A stretch of 32,569 bases of DNA. Origin: Armatimonadota bacterium (GTDB lineage: Bacteria > Sysuimicrobiota > Sysuimicrobiia > Sysuimicrobiales > Humicultoraceae). This document shows, piece after piece, positions 17,651-26,628 of the stretch. Every line of letters begins with the position of its first letter. The stretch's first letter is position 1. A program made the position numbers and the translations under genes. The notes under the pieces are model-generated. The model was not told the DNA's origin. It worked only from the letters and a program-made list of their open reading frames with translations, and searched no databases. Location: NCBI GenBank assembly GCA_037446215.1, contig JBBIJB010000018.1:3860-36428 (forward strand). Direction: 5' to 3'.

Positions 17651-18796
17651 GTGCGGCAATATCTGCTCATTCCCGGCCCTACCCCGCTCCCCGACGAGGT
17701 GCTGGCAGCGTCCGCCGGCCAGATGATCGGCCATAGAACCAAAGCGTTCGCCCAACTGCTGGCCGACACGCTCGACGCGGCGAAGCGGGTGTTGCTCACC
17801 CGCAATGCCGTCCTGCCGTTCGCGGCCTCGGGCACAGGCGGGCTGGAGGCTGCGGTCGTCAACCTCTTCTCTCCTGGGGACAGCGTGGTCGCGGTTTGCG
17901 GGGGTGCGTTCGGCGACCGGTTCGCCGATATTGCCCAGGCCTTCGGGGTCAGGGTGAACAGGGTTGAGGTTCCCTGGGGGGAGGCGGTCGACCCCGAGGC
18001 GGTGCGAACCGCGCTCCGGGGGACGCCGGCGGCGCGGGCGGTCCTGGTCGCGCACAGCGAGACCTCGACAGGTGTGCGCAACGACCTTGGCGCGATCGCG
18101 TCGGTGGTGCGCGAATCGCCAGCGATGATGGTCGTGGACGCGGTCAGCTCGGCGGGAGCCATCGAGCTGCGCACAGACGAGTGGGGAGTAGACGTGGTGA
18201 TCACCGCGTCGCAGAAGGCGCTGATGGCGCCGCCCGGGATCGCGCTGGTAGGCCTCTCCAGCCGAGCGTGGGAGGCGGCCGGCTCGGCCCGGCTGCCCAG
18301 GTTCTACTGGTCGTTCGAGCAGGCGCGGGCCGAGCTCGGGGATCGGGAAGCGTACACCCCGTTCACCCCGGCCATCAGCGTCGCCTACGCGCTCCGCGCC
18401 GGGCTCCGGATGGTCGAGGCCGAGGGGCTGGAGGCCAGGTGGGAGCGCCACCGCCGCACCGCGAGGGCGGTGCGGGCAGGGGTACGCGCCCTCGGGCTGC
18501 GGGTCGTTCCCCGGGAGGAAGATGCCAGCGAGGCGGTCACCGCGGTGTGGGTGCCGGAGGGGGTTGACGTGAAGGATCTGCTCGGCAGGCTCAGCGCCGA
18601 GCACGGTGTCGTGCTCGCGGGCGGCCCGGGACGGATGAGGGGCAAGATATTCAGGTTCGGGCACCTGGGATGGGTGCCGGACGAGGCCGTGCTCGCCGGG
18701 CTGCGCGCGCTGGAAGCCGTGCTGCCGAAGGTAGGGGGTCCTGCCTGCGGCGGCGGCGAGGCAGCCGCGGCCGAGATCCTGGCCACGGGGGGATAA
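17651..18796 (+). CDS. Class V PLP aminotransferase (alanine-glyoxylate/serine-pyruvate family); probable phosphoserine aminotransferase
   Basis: AAGGAGGT SD then GTG. LLIPGPTP, SGTGGLEA, HSETSTGV, VDAVSS, SQKAL (PLP Lys), TPFTP, FRFGHLG. Confidence 0.92.
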   Translation: MRQYLLIPGPTPLPDEVLAASAGQMIGHRTKAFAQLLADTLDAAKRVLLTRNAVLPFAASGTGGLEAAVVNLFSPGDSVVAVCGGAFGDRFADIAQAFGVRVNRVEVPWGEAVDPEAVRTALRGTPAARAVLVAHSETSTGVRNDLGAIASVVRESPAMMVVDAVSSAGAIELRTDEWGVDVVITASQKALMAPPGIALVGLSSRAWEAAGSARLPRFYWSFEQARAELGDREAYTPFTPAISVAYALRAGLRMVEAEGLEARWERHRRTARAVRAGVRALGLRVVPREEDASEAVTAVWVPEGVDVKDLLGRLSAEHGVVLAGGPGRMRGKIFRFGHLGWVPDEAVLAGLRALEAVLPKVGGPACGGGEAAAAEILATGG

Positions 18797-18798
18797 CG

Positions 18799-20073
18799 AT
18801 GCTCGAGTTGAAGCAGATCCGCGAGAACCCAGAGCGTTACAGGGCCGGGCTTCGGAAGCGCGGGAGGGACCCAGGCGTGATCGACGCGGTGCTCGACTCC
18901 GACGCGCGGTGGAGGGCGCAGCTCGCCGAGATCGAGAGGCTGCGCGCCCAGCAGAACCGGGCCTCGGGCGAGATAGCGCGCCTGTCCGGGGCCGAGAGGG
19001 AGGCGCGCATCGCGGAGACGCGCGGGATCTCCGAGCGGCTCAAGGAGCTGCAGCCCGAGCTCTCTGAGGCGGAATCAGAGCTCAACGACCTGCTGCGGGC
19101 GCTGCCCAACCATCCGGACGACTCGGTCCCCGACGGCGGGGACGCCTCGGCCAACGTCGTCGTTCGCGCCTGGGGGGAGCCGCGCGAGTTCGGCTTCGCG
19201 CCGCAGGACCACGTCGACCTCGGCGCCAGGCTCGGGATCCTGGACTTCGAGCGCGGCGCCAGGGCCTCGGGGTCGCGGCACTACTTCATGCGCGGCGACG
19301 GCGTGCTGCTGGAGATGGCGCTGGCGAGGCTCGCGACAGACCTCCTCGTCTCGGAGGGTTTCACGCTCCTGGGCACCCCGATGCTCGTGCGCAGCGAGGT
19401 CATAACCGGAGCGTGGGGCGGGGCCACCCTGGACACCCAGCAGACCTACAAGATCGAGGACGAGGACCTGGCCCTGATCGGAACGAGCGAGCAGCCCCTG
19501 GCGGCCTACCACATGGGCGAGACGCTGGACGCCGATGCGCTGCCCCTGCGGTACGGCGGGGTATCGTGGTGCTTCAGGCGCGAGGCCGGCTCCTACGGGC
19601 GAGACGTCCGCGGCCTCTACCGCGTGCACCAGTTCTTCAAGATAGAGATGTTCTCGTACTCCCATCCCGAGCGCTCCTTCGAGGAGCACGAGTACATGAC
19701 CGGCCTGGAGGAGAGGCTCGTCCAGACGCTGGGCCTGCCCCACCGCGTGGTCCTGCTCTGCGGAGGAGACCTTGGTCAGGGGATGGCCAAGACCTACGAT
19801 ATCGAGACCTGGATGCCCGGCCGCGGAGGGTACAGCGAGACGCACTCCTGCAGCAACGCTGGAGCCTTCCAGGCGCGGCGGCTGGGGATGCGGTACCGCG
19901 AGGGAGGCAGGGGGCCGACGGAGTTCGTGCACACGCTGAACGGCACCCTGATAGCCACCGGCCGCATGATCATTGCGATCCTGGAGAACGGCCAACAGGC
20001 CGACGGGAGCGTCCGCCTGCCGGAGGCGCTCGGGCCCTACATGGGAGGACGGACCGAGCTGCGGCCGGCCTAG
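18799..20073 (+). CDS. serS: Serine--tRNA ligase
   Basis: N-terminal coiled-coil arm, GTSEQPL, CFRREAGSYGRDVRGLYRVHQF, SCSN..FQARR, HTLNGT...R...AILEN. Confidence 0.97.
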   Translation: MLELKQIRENPERYRAGLRKRGRDPGVIDAVLDSDARWRAQLAEIERLRAQQNRASGEIARLSGAEREARIAETRGISERLKELQPELSEAESELNDLLRALPNHPDDSVPDGGDASANVVVRAWGEPREFGFAPQDHVDLGARLGILDFERGARASGSRHYFMRGDGVLLEMALARLATDLLVSEGFTLLGTPMLVRSEVITGAWGGATLDTQQTYKIEDEDLALIGTSEQPLAAYHMGETLDADALPLRYGGVSWCFRREAGSYGRDVRGLYRVHQFFKIEMFSYSHPERSFEEHEYMTGLEERLVQTLGLPHRVVLLCGGDLGQGMAKTYDIETWMPGRGGYSETHSCSNAGAFQARRLGMRYREGGRGPTEFVHTLNGTLIATGRMIIAILENGQQADGSVRLPEALGPYMGGRTELRPA

Positions 20074-20079
20074 CCTGTC

Positions 20080-20898
20080 GTGAAGCTCTCGCTCTACCTG
20101 ACCACGCCGGGATCCCGGTTCTGGGCGGCCCAAAGCCCACTGGCCATGCCCGAGGCGATCGCCCTGGCGGCCCGGCTGGGCTATGACGGCGTCGAGGTGA
20201 TGCCTCGCGATGCCGGAGATCCCGACCCCGCGGAGCTGCGCGCCCTGACCGCGCGCCAGGGCATTGAGGTGATGGCGATCGCGACGGGGTACATAGCGGT
20301 TGAGCATGGCTTGACTTTCTCAGACCCAGATCCTCTGGTCAGGCGGCGGGCCACGGATGCCGTTCGCTCGTGCGTCGATGCCGCGCGCCTCGCAGAGGCG
20401 CCCGTCGTCTCGGTGGGGGTGGTGCGCGGGAAGCTGCGCGGAGATGTGACGCGCGAGGAGGCGCTCTCCTGGCTAGCCGCCTGCCTTTGCGACTGCGGGC
20501 ATCACGCGGCCGCGCAGGGGGTCAGGCTTGCGGTCGAGCCCGTGAACCGGTACGAGGCCGGCCTGGTACACACCGTGGAAGAAGCGCTGGACCTGGTGGA
20601 GTCCGTCGGCCTTCCTTCGGTGGGAATTCAGGTCGACACCTTCCACATGAACATCGAGGAGCGATCCCCTGCGGAGGCCGTCCTCCGCGCCGGGCCGCAT
20701 CTCGCCCACGTTCATTTCGCGGACAGCAACCGCCGCGCCCCGGGGTGGGGCCATGTCGACTTTGGGCCCATCGCCTCGGCGCTGCGCGAGGCCGGCTACG
20801 CCGGCGCGGTGGGGCTCGAGATCGACCTGGATCCGGACGTGGAGTCCGCGGCCAGGGCCGGCCTGGAGTTCGCACGCCGGATCCTCGAGGGATCCTGA
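20080..20898 (+). CDS. Sugar phosphate isomerase/epimerase (AP_endonuc_2 TIM barrel; IolO/ketose 3-epimerase-like)
   Basis: GYDGVE, EPVNRYE, DTFHMNIEE, HVHFADSNRRAPGWGH, GLE. Confidence 0.9.
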   Translation: MKLSLYLTTPGSRFWAAQSPLAMPEAIALAARLGYDGVEVMPRDAGDPDPAELRALTARQGIEVMAIATGYIAVEHGLTFSDPDPLVRRRATDAVRSCVDAARLAEAPVVSVGVVRGKLRGDVTREEALSWLAACLCDCGHHAAAQGVRLAVEPVNRYEAGLVHTVEEALDLVESVGLPSVGIQVDTFHMNIEERSPAEAVLRAGPHLAHVHFADSNRRAPGWGHVDFGPIASALREAGYAGAVGLEIDLDPDVESAARAGLEFARRILEGS

Positions 20899-20905
20899 AC
20901 CGCGG

Positions 20906-21802
20906 CTAGGCCCTGAGCCACCTCCGCACGAACTCGCTCCCGGCAGAGATCTCGGCGTCTATGTCGTCGAAGGTCCCTGCGACGTCTATGTTGGCGAAGC
21001 CGCCGTAGCCCGACTCCCGCAGCGCCGACATCACGTCCTCCCAGGGAACCGCGCCCTTGCCCGGAGCCCAGTGGTAGTCGAGGTCGCCGTCGTTGTCGGC
21101 CAGGTGCACCAGGAAGATCCTGCCCCGCAGCTTGCTTATCGCCACCGGAAGGACCTCCTTCTGCACGAGGAAGTGGGCGGTGTCGAACACCACCCCCAAA
21201 GCGGGCGATCCCACGGCCTCGATCAGGCGGCACATGCCGACGGCGTTGCTCACCATCTCGTAGGGCCGGATCTCGAGCGCGAGGCGCACTCCCTCGCGCT
21301 CCGCGAGGGCTGCCATCTCCTCTATGACGCCGGAGTACTGCTGCCAGGCAGATTCCCAGTCGAACCCCTTCGGTACGCGCACCCCCACCGGCGGCGTGAA
21401 CTCGTCGTACAGGCGGCGTGACTCCACACTCCAGGAGGGGTGAGGGGCCGAGTGGAGGTAGACGAGGTCGGCTGCTAGATCCGCCGCGACGCCCAGCGAC
21501 CTCTCCAGACCTGAGACGGCCTCCCGCCTGAGGCCCGCGTCCTCACTGACCGTCCAGTGGCGCAGGAATCCCGCCTCGAACGCGTCCACGGCCAGCCCCA
21601 GGGAGCCGCAGAACTTGCCAAGCCTCCTCACGGCGGCGGCATCGGAGAACTCGGCGGCGAAGTGATCCCGCGTGAACGCGGCAAGCTCTATTCCTGCGAA
21701 TCCGGTCCCGGCCGCCCACCCGGCGAACTCCTCGTACTGCGCGAGCGTAGGTGTCTCCCCGTGGTGCACGCGCGCCCTCGCAACCGTTACCCCCAGCTTC
21801 AA
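20906..21802 (-). CDS. Sugar phosphate isomerase/epimerase family protein
   Basis: TTG 21802 after GGGGAGG. GFAGIEL, LALEIRPYE, FDTAHF, VHLADNDG, HWAPGKG. Confidence 0.85.
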   Translation of the reverse strand: MKLGVTVARARVHHGETPTLAQYEEFAGWAAGTGFAGIELAAFTRDHFAAEFSDAAAVRRLGKFCGSLGLAVDAFEAGFLRHWTVSEDAGLRREAVSGLERSLGVAADLAADLVYLHSAPHPSWSVESRRLYDEFTPPVGVRVPKGFDWESAWQQYSGVIEEMAALAEREGVRLALEIRPYEMVSNAVGMCRLIEAVGSPALGVVFDTAHFLVQKEVLPVAISKLRGRIFLVHLADNDGDLDYHWAPGKGAVPWEDVMSALRESGYGGFANIDVAGTFDDIDAEISAGSEFVRRWLRA

Positions 21803-21834
21803 CTCAGGCCCTCCCCGTGTCCGTCTGGGGATCA

Positions 21835-21862
21835 ATTCTGGACACCGCCGGGCAGTTCCCCT
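21835..21862 (-). promoter_or_regulatory. Putative sigmaH-like promoter (AGGGGA-N18-GAAT)
   Basis: The minus strand reads AGGGGAACTGCCCGGCGGTGTCCAGAAT upstream of the isomerase. Confidence 0.45.
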
Positions 21863-21888
21863 CGGGCCCGAGGACGCCCTGCTCCACG

Positions 21889-21918
21889 GCAGGGGATGGA
21901 GAGGGGCGAAGGGCGAAG
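21889..21918 (+). promoter_or_regulatory. Putative sigmaH-like promoter (GCAGGGGA-N18-GAAG)
   Basis: GCAGGGGATGGAGAGGGGCGAAGGGCGAAG upstream of the sugar SBP. Confidence 0.4.
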
Positions 21919-21967
21919 CATATGCCTCGGCAGGTCTTCGGGCAACCACACGAGGAGGGATCATGAA

Positions 21968-23284
21968 GTGAACAGACTGCGCTCGTTGGTGGTCTGGTTC
22001 GTGCTCATGGTCTTAGCCGCGGGGGCGGGCATCCCCAGCGTCGGGGCCCAGCCCAAGGCGACGATTACGCTCTGGTATCCTGCCGGAGCGATTACCGCCG
22101 GCGCGTTCCTGTTCGCGGACCGCAGCCTGCTCCTGCCGTTCGAAGCGACCAACAACGTCAAGATCGAGCCGGTGGCGCTGGTCTACGACACGATGCAGCA
22201 GAAGATCTTCGCCTCCATAGCGGCCCGCGACGTCGCGGACATCCTCTTCATCGACCAGTCGTGGATACCCGGGTTCATGAAGGAGGACATGCTCGAGCCC
22301 GTGGATTCGGCCAAGGCCAAGAGGTGGTTGGACTCCGTATCTCCCGAGATCGTAGAGCTCTCCGACTTCGGCGGGGGCAAGATGTTCGGCTACCCGCAGT
22401 ACGGGATCGACGTCTACGGGATCACGTGGAACAAGGCCCACTTCCGCGATGCCGGACTCGACCCGGAGCGGCCGCCGCAGACGTGGGAGGAGTTCCGCGA
22501 CTACTCGCGGCGGCTGGTGAAGAGGGATGCCGCCGGCAACATAACGCGGGTGGGCTACGCGATCCGCCACGTCGGACACCCCCACGGCGTGGTCCACAAG
22601 CACCTCTGGGCGATCTGGGGCGCGGGGGCCGACCTCATCGACAACCCGAAGGCGCTCAGGGGCGGCCGCTCCACCTTCAACAACGAGGCGGGCCGCGGCT
22701 CGCTCAAGCTGATCCACGACATGATCTACGCCGACAAGTCGACCAGCCTCGCCTTCCCGGACCCACGCGCCGCGTTCCTGAGGGGCATCGCCTCGATGCA
22801 GATCAGCGAGACGGTCAGCATCCGGGCCCGGCAGCCGCGCGAGGCCCCGGAAATGCCCTGGGGCGTGGGTTGGGGCACCGCGATGCCTCCTCTGCCCAGG
22901 GCCGGGATGAAGCCGGTCACCAACATCAGCGCCTGGATGTACACGGTACCTAAAGCCGCCAGGAACAAGGAGATGGCCTGGAGGCTGATAGAGTGGCTGA
23001 ACAGCGAGATAAGGGACTACGAGCTGGCCAAGGCCTATGACGCGACGCCTCGCTACAAGTCGAACTGGACCAAGGAGCCCTTCAGGTCCAACAGCTACGT
23101 GCAGGCCCTGAAGAAGATGTACCCCTACGGCCGCAAGTATCCTGTGAACCTGGGCCTTAACGGCATGATGGATGCGCTTGGGGCCGCCATCCAGAACTCC
23201 TGGCACAACAGGATGTCGGTCGAGGACGCGCTAGCGCTCGCCGAGCGGCAGGCGAATCAGGCAATCCAGGACGCGTCGAGATAG
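21968..23284 (+). CDS. Carbohydrate ABC transporter substrate-binding protein (family 1), orphan
   Basis: GAGGAGG SD then GTG. Signal peptide ending in VGA-Q, TITLW, ADILFIDQSW, WNKAHFRDAGLDPERPPQTWEEF, AWRLIEWL. Confidence 0.9.
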   Translation: MNRLRSLVVWFVLMVLAAGAGIPSVGAQPKATITLWYPAGAITAGAFLFADRSLLLPFEATNNVKIEPVALVYDTMQQKIFASIAARDVADILFIDQSWIPGFMKEDMLEPVDSAKAKRWLDSVSPEIVELSDFGGGKMFGYPQYGIDVYGITWNKAHFRDAGLDPERPPQTWEEFRDYSRRLVKRDAAGNITRVGYAIRHVGHPHGVVHKHLWAIWGAGADLIDNPKALRGGRSTFNNEAGRGSLKLIHDMIYADKSTSLAFPDPRAAFLRGIASMQISETVSIRARQPREAPEMPWGVGWGTAMPPLPRAGMKPVTNISAWMYTVPKAARNKEMAWRLIEWLNSEIRDYELAKAYDATPRYKSNWTKEPFRSNSYVQALKKMYPYGRKYPVNLGLNGMMDALGAAIQNSWHNRMSVEDALALAERQANQAIQDASR

Positions 23285-23338
23285 CAGCACCGGGTCTTCC
23301 CTCGGCACGATCGGCTACGGCCCCCTGATGGCGGGGAT

Positions 23339-23373
23339 GAAGTAGCGCTCCGATCTCCCCCGGGCGCTACTTC
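23339..23373. terminator. Inverted repeat between convergent genes (possible bidirectional terminator)
   Basis: GAAGTAGCGC (23339-23348) and GCGCTACTTC (23364-23373) form a perfect 10-bp stem; no clear U tract. Confidence 0.45.
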
Positions 23374-23837
23374 GAGTGCTTGTCCGCGACCTTGGTGGCG
23401 CCGTAGGCGTCCGGCTTGATCACCGCGGCGTAGCCGGAGCCGGAGACCATCCCCACTACCTCTCGGACCACCTTCTTCGTCTCGCCGTTCTGCCCCACGT
23501 CGAGGTGGATCTCGACGGGGAGCTTCGAGTAGCCGTTCCGGCTCAGCTCCGAGGTGAGCAGGTGGGCGATCTCCAGGCTCAGCGAGGTCTCGAACAGGAT
23601 GCGCTGGCGGAGGCTCGCGATCTTCCTGTTGCGGAACTTGCGGTAGAAGTAACGTCCGCCGTGGCCGACCTTGTGGACTATCACGGCCGTGACGAAGTTC
23701 GTGTCATCGGCCAGGATCGAGTCGGTGCCGATGATCACGTGATAGCGCTGGTCGGGCTCGTCCTCCATGTATCCGACCAGGTGCCGGAACATCTCACCAA
23801 ATGAAAGCTGCCCCAGTGTGGGGCTGACGAACTCCAC
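23367..23837 (-). CDS. DUF458 / YkuK-like RNase H-fold protein
   Basis: GTG 23837 after GGAGG. IIGTDS, FVTAVIVHKVGHGGRYFY, LRQRILFETSLS, EIHLDVGQNGET, IKPDAYGATKVADKHSK. Confidence 0.88.
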   Translation of the reverse strand: MEFVSPTLGQLSFGEMFRHLVGYMEDEPDQRYHVIIGTDSILADDTNFVTAVIVHKVGHGGRYFYRKFRNRKIASLRQRILFETSLSLEIAHLLTSELSRNGYSKLPVEIHLDVGQNGETKKVVREVVGMVSGSGYAAVIKPDAYGATKVADKHSK

Positions 23838-23856
23838 CTCGTTACCCTCCTGCAAG

Positions 23857-23886
23857 AGTATACCGCCGGGCTGCTCCCGCGAACAA
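23857..23886 (-). promoter_or_regulatory. Internal sigma70 promoter for the DUF458 gene
   Basis: Minus strand TTGTTC-N18-TATACT. Confidence 0.5.
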
Positions 23887-23939
23887 GAGCACCCATCCGT
23901 TGCTCCTTCACCTTGGAGGGGGGGTAGTGAAGAGGAGGG

Positions 23940-24536
23940 CTAGAGTTCGCGGCGGCCCTCCAGGGCACGCGCGAGCGTCACCTCGTCGGCGTACTCGAGG
24001 TCCGCGCCCACGGGCAGCCCGTGGGCGATCCGAGTCACCCGCACCCCCAGAGGCTTGAGGACACGTGACAGGTATATCGCGGTCGCCTCCCCCTCGACCC
24101 GGGGGTTGGTCGCGACTATCACCTCCGAGACCCCTCCTGATCGGACCCGCTCCACCAACTGGGCGATCTTCAGGTCGTCGGGTCCCATCCCATCGAGAGG
24201 CGATATCGCGCCGCCGAGGACGTGGTAGCGGCCGCGGAACTCCCGCGCGCGCTCCAGCGCGACCACGTCGCGCGGATCCTCGACCACACACAGTGCCGCG
24301 CCGCTGCGGGCGGGATTGGCGCAGATGGCGCACGGATCCACGTCGGTGATCGAGAAGCAGGTGGAGCACTGCCGCATCTCGGCCTTGACCCTGAGGATGG
24401 CGTCGGCGAGATCCTGGGCTTCTTCTTGGGAGATGCGCAGGATGTAGAAGGCCAGCCGCTGGGCGGTCTTCGGCCCCACGGTCGGCATCTTGGACAGCTC
24501 GTCAATCAGCCGTGCGAGCGGGCCGGGGTAGTCCAT
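23940..24536 (-). CDS. recR: Recombination mediator RecR
   Basis: HhH MPTVGPKTAQRLA, Zn finger CSTC...CAIC, Toprim CVVEDPRD, ATNPRVEGEATA, DLEYADEVTL. Confidence 0.98.
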   Translation of the reverse strand: MDYPGPLARLIDELSKMPTVGPKTAQRLAFYILRISQEEAQDLADAILRVKAEMRQCSTCFSITDVDPCAICANPARSGAALCVVEDPRDVVALERAREFRGRYHVLGGAISPLDGMGPDDLKIAQLVERVRSGGVSEVIVATNPRVEGEATAIYLSRVLKPLGVRVTRIAHGLPVGADLEYADEVTLARALEGRREL

Positions 24537-24859
24537 CAGAAGCGGGGCATGCCGGGCAGTCCAAGGCCCCCGGCCAGCGCGGCCATCTTACCCTCGGCCA
24601 TGCTCCGGGCGCTCTTCTGCGCCTCGTTCACCGCCGCTACCACCATGTCCTGGAGGATCGAGACGTCCGAGGGATCGACCGCGGCCGGGTCGATCACGAG
24701 ATCCACGAGCTCCCCATGCCCGTTCGCCACCGCTCGGACAGCACCGCCGCCGGAGGTCGCCTCTACCCTGTCCTCGGCGAGCTCTCCCTGGATCCGGGCC
24801 ATCTCGGCCTGGAACTTCTGCACCTGCTTCATCATCTTGCCCATGTTGCCGAGTCCCAT
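24536..24859 (-). CDS. ybaB: YbaB/EbfC nucleoid-associated protein
   Basis: MGKMMKQVQKFQ, ATSGGGAV, IDPAAVDPSDVSILQDMVVAAVNEA; conserved dnaX-ybaB-recR order. Confidence 0.95.
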   Translation of the reverse strand: MGLGNMGKMMKQVQKFQAEMARIQGELAEDRVEATSGGGAVRAVANGHGELVDLVIDPAAVDPSDVSILQDMVVAAVNEAQKSARSMAEGKMAALAGGLGLPGMPRF

Positions 24860-24880
24860 CAACTTCCTCCGTCTGCCGAC

Positions 24881-26536
24881 TCACTCATCCTCGATGATCT
24901 CACCCGAGAACAGCTCCTTCGCCCTGTCCAGCAGCGATGTCTCTCCCGGTGCCGCGCCGGCCGCCGACTGGCCGGCCCCCTCCTCGTGCAGCCGGCACTG
25001 GAACCGTAGAGGGCGGGACAGGACGCGCTCCAGGGCGCCCTCCACGACCGTGCGGTTCTCCGGGCGGTGCAGGTTGTCCACGTGGAAGTTGTATCCCGAG
25101 CGCAGGCCGACCACCAGCATGTCGCCCCGGACCTCCACAGGGATTCCCTCGATGAGGAGCGCGTGGCAGAACATCTTGGAGCGCTTCACCTGCTCCAGCA
25201 CGCGGGCCCACTGGCGGCGGACCTCTTCGAGCGTCACCGGCCCAACTCCGGCGAGAGGAGGGTCGGGGCGGGCCGTCGCCAGGTGCGGGGTCCCGGGCGG
25301 TTCCTCCTGCCTCAAGGCAGCATCTCTCGCCGGCCCCGCCGCCTCCTTTGGCTCATCTGTGGGCTGCGAGGGGTTCCGGACTCCTCCGCCCCCGCCTCCC
25401 TCCAGCCTGTCGAGCCGCGCCAGCACCCCCTCCAGCGTCGGGTCCATCTCAGGCCTGGCCAGCCTGATGAGCGCCACCTCCAGCGCCAGCCTGGGCTGAG
25501 TGCTCCATCTCGCGTCGCCGACCGCGTCGTTCAGAACGCGCACGGCCCTGAGCAGGTCGGAGATCGTGGCCTTCTCCGCCTGCGTCAGCAGGCCCGCTAT
25601 CTGCTCCCTCGATACGTCCAGCACTTCAGGGGCGGCCTGACCGCAGGTCTTCGCCACCAGGAGATCCCTGAAGTACTCGAGCAGCGTGCGCAGCACCTGC
25701 CGGATGTCCTTCCCCGCGTCCGCCGCCTGTTGGGCGAGACGCAGCGCCTCTCCCACGTTGCGGTCGAGGACCGCCTCCACGAACGCGGCAGCCGTCTCGT
25801 CGTCCACGAGCCCCAGCACGCCTATCACCAGGTTGCGGTCGATCTCCCCCTCGGTATACGCGCTCAACTGGTCAAGCACCGACTCGGCGTCGCGCACGGA
25901 GCCGTCCGCGTTCCTGGCTATCTGGGCCAGGGCGGCCGAGTCGATCTTCATGCCTTCCTGCTCGGCGATCGTCCCAAGCCGGGCCGTGATCTCCTTGAAC
26001 GAGACACGCCGGAAGTCGAACCTCTGGCACCTCGACAGGACCGTGGGCGGTATCCTGTGGGGCTCGGTGGTCACCAGGATGAAGATCGCGTGGGAGGGCG
26101 GCTCCTCGAGCGTCTTAAGGAGGGCGTTGAAGGCGCTCGTGGAGAGCATGTGGACCTCGTCGATGATGTAGACCTTGTACCTGCCCTCTGTCGGCGCCAG
26201 CACGATCTTCTCCTTGAGATCGCGGACGTCGTCGACGCTGGTGTTGCTGGCCCCGTCGATCTCGATCACGTCCATGCTGATGCCGCGCGCTATTGAGTCG
26301 CAGCGGGCGCACCCGTTGCAGGGGGTGGGGGTGGGCCCCCCCGCGCAGTTGAGCGCCTTGGCCAGGATCCGCGCGGTGGTGGTCTTGCCCGTGCCCCGGT
26401 ATCCCGCGAACAGGTAGGCGTGGCTCGTCCGCCCCGCCCTGATCGCGTTCTGCAGGGTCCGCGTTATGCGCTCCTGACCGATGAGCTCTTCGAACGACTG
26501 CGGCCGCCAGCGGCGGTAGACAGAGACATGTGACAT
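24881..26536 (-). CDS. dnaX: DNA polymerase III subunit gamma/tau
   Basis: MSHVSVYRRWRPQSFEELIGQ, Walker A GYRGTGKTT, Zn module, IIDEVHMLS, SRC motif. Start ATG 26536 with GAGGT SD. Confidence 0.98.
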   Translation of the reverse strand: MSHVSVYRRWRPQSFEELIGQERITRTLQNAIRAGRTSHAYLFAGYRGTGKTTTARILAKALNCAGGPTPTPCNGCARCDSIARGISMDVIEIDGASNTSVDDVRDLKEKIVLAPTEGRYKVYIIDEVHMLSTSAFNALLKTLEEPPSHAIFILVTTEPHRIPPTVLSRCQRFDFRRVSFKEITARLGTIAEQEGMKIDSAALAQIARNADGSVRDAESVLDQLSAYTEGEIDRNLVIGVLGLVDDETAAAFVEAVLDRNVGEALRLAQQAADAGKDIRQVLRTLLEYFRDLLVAKTCGQAAPEVLDVSREQIAGLLTQAEKATISDLLRAVRVLNDAVGDARWSTQPRLALEVALIRLARPEMDPTLEGVLARLDRLEGGGGGGVRNPSQPTDEPKEAAGPARDAALRQEEPPGTPHLATARPDPPLAGVGPVTLEEVRRQWARVLEQVKRSKMFCHALLIEGIPVEVRGDMLVVGLRSGYNFHVDNLHRPENRTVVEGALERVLSRPLRFQCRLHEEGAGQSAAGAAPGETSLLDRAKELFSGEIIEDE

Positions 26537-26553
26537 GGAGTCATACCTCGGCC

Positions 26554-26560
26554 TATTGTA
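26554..26560. promoter_or_regulatory. Bidirectional -10 element (TATTGTA) between dnaX and the CPBP gene
   Basis: TACAAT on - at 26560-26555; TATTGT on + at 26554-26559. Confidence 0.5.
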
Positions 26561-26601
26561 CTTCGGCGGAGGAGCGGCCCTTCCTTGCCGGGGAGACCTT
26601 C

Positions 26602-26628
26602 GGAGGAAGCCGCCCGAGACCCGCGAAA
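26602..26628 (+). promoter_or_regulatory. Putative sigmaH-like promoter (GGAGGA-N17-GAAA)
   Basis: GGAGGAAGCCGCCCGAGACCCGCGAAA, 13 nt before the CPBP ATG. Confidence 0.4.

Noticed and set aside
17651..18796. Class V PLP enzyme as a selenocysteine lyase or cysteine desulfurase linked to selD
   Set aside because: It has AGT-type motifs (IPGPT, SQKAL) and lacks the desulfurase HK PLP motif and catalytic Cys loop; the Ser T-box explains it better.
24881..26536. Programmed frameshift or slippage site producing the DnaX gamma subunit
   Set aside because: No A-AAA-AAG heptamer or long A run was seen in the linker region.
26590..26615. GGAGACCTTCGGAGGAAGCCGC resembling the SRP RNA domain IV often found near dnaX
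   Set aside because: It lacks the conserved CAGG...GNRA...AGCAG elements and the long flanking helix, and is better explained as promoter sequence.
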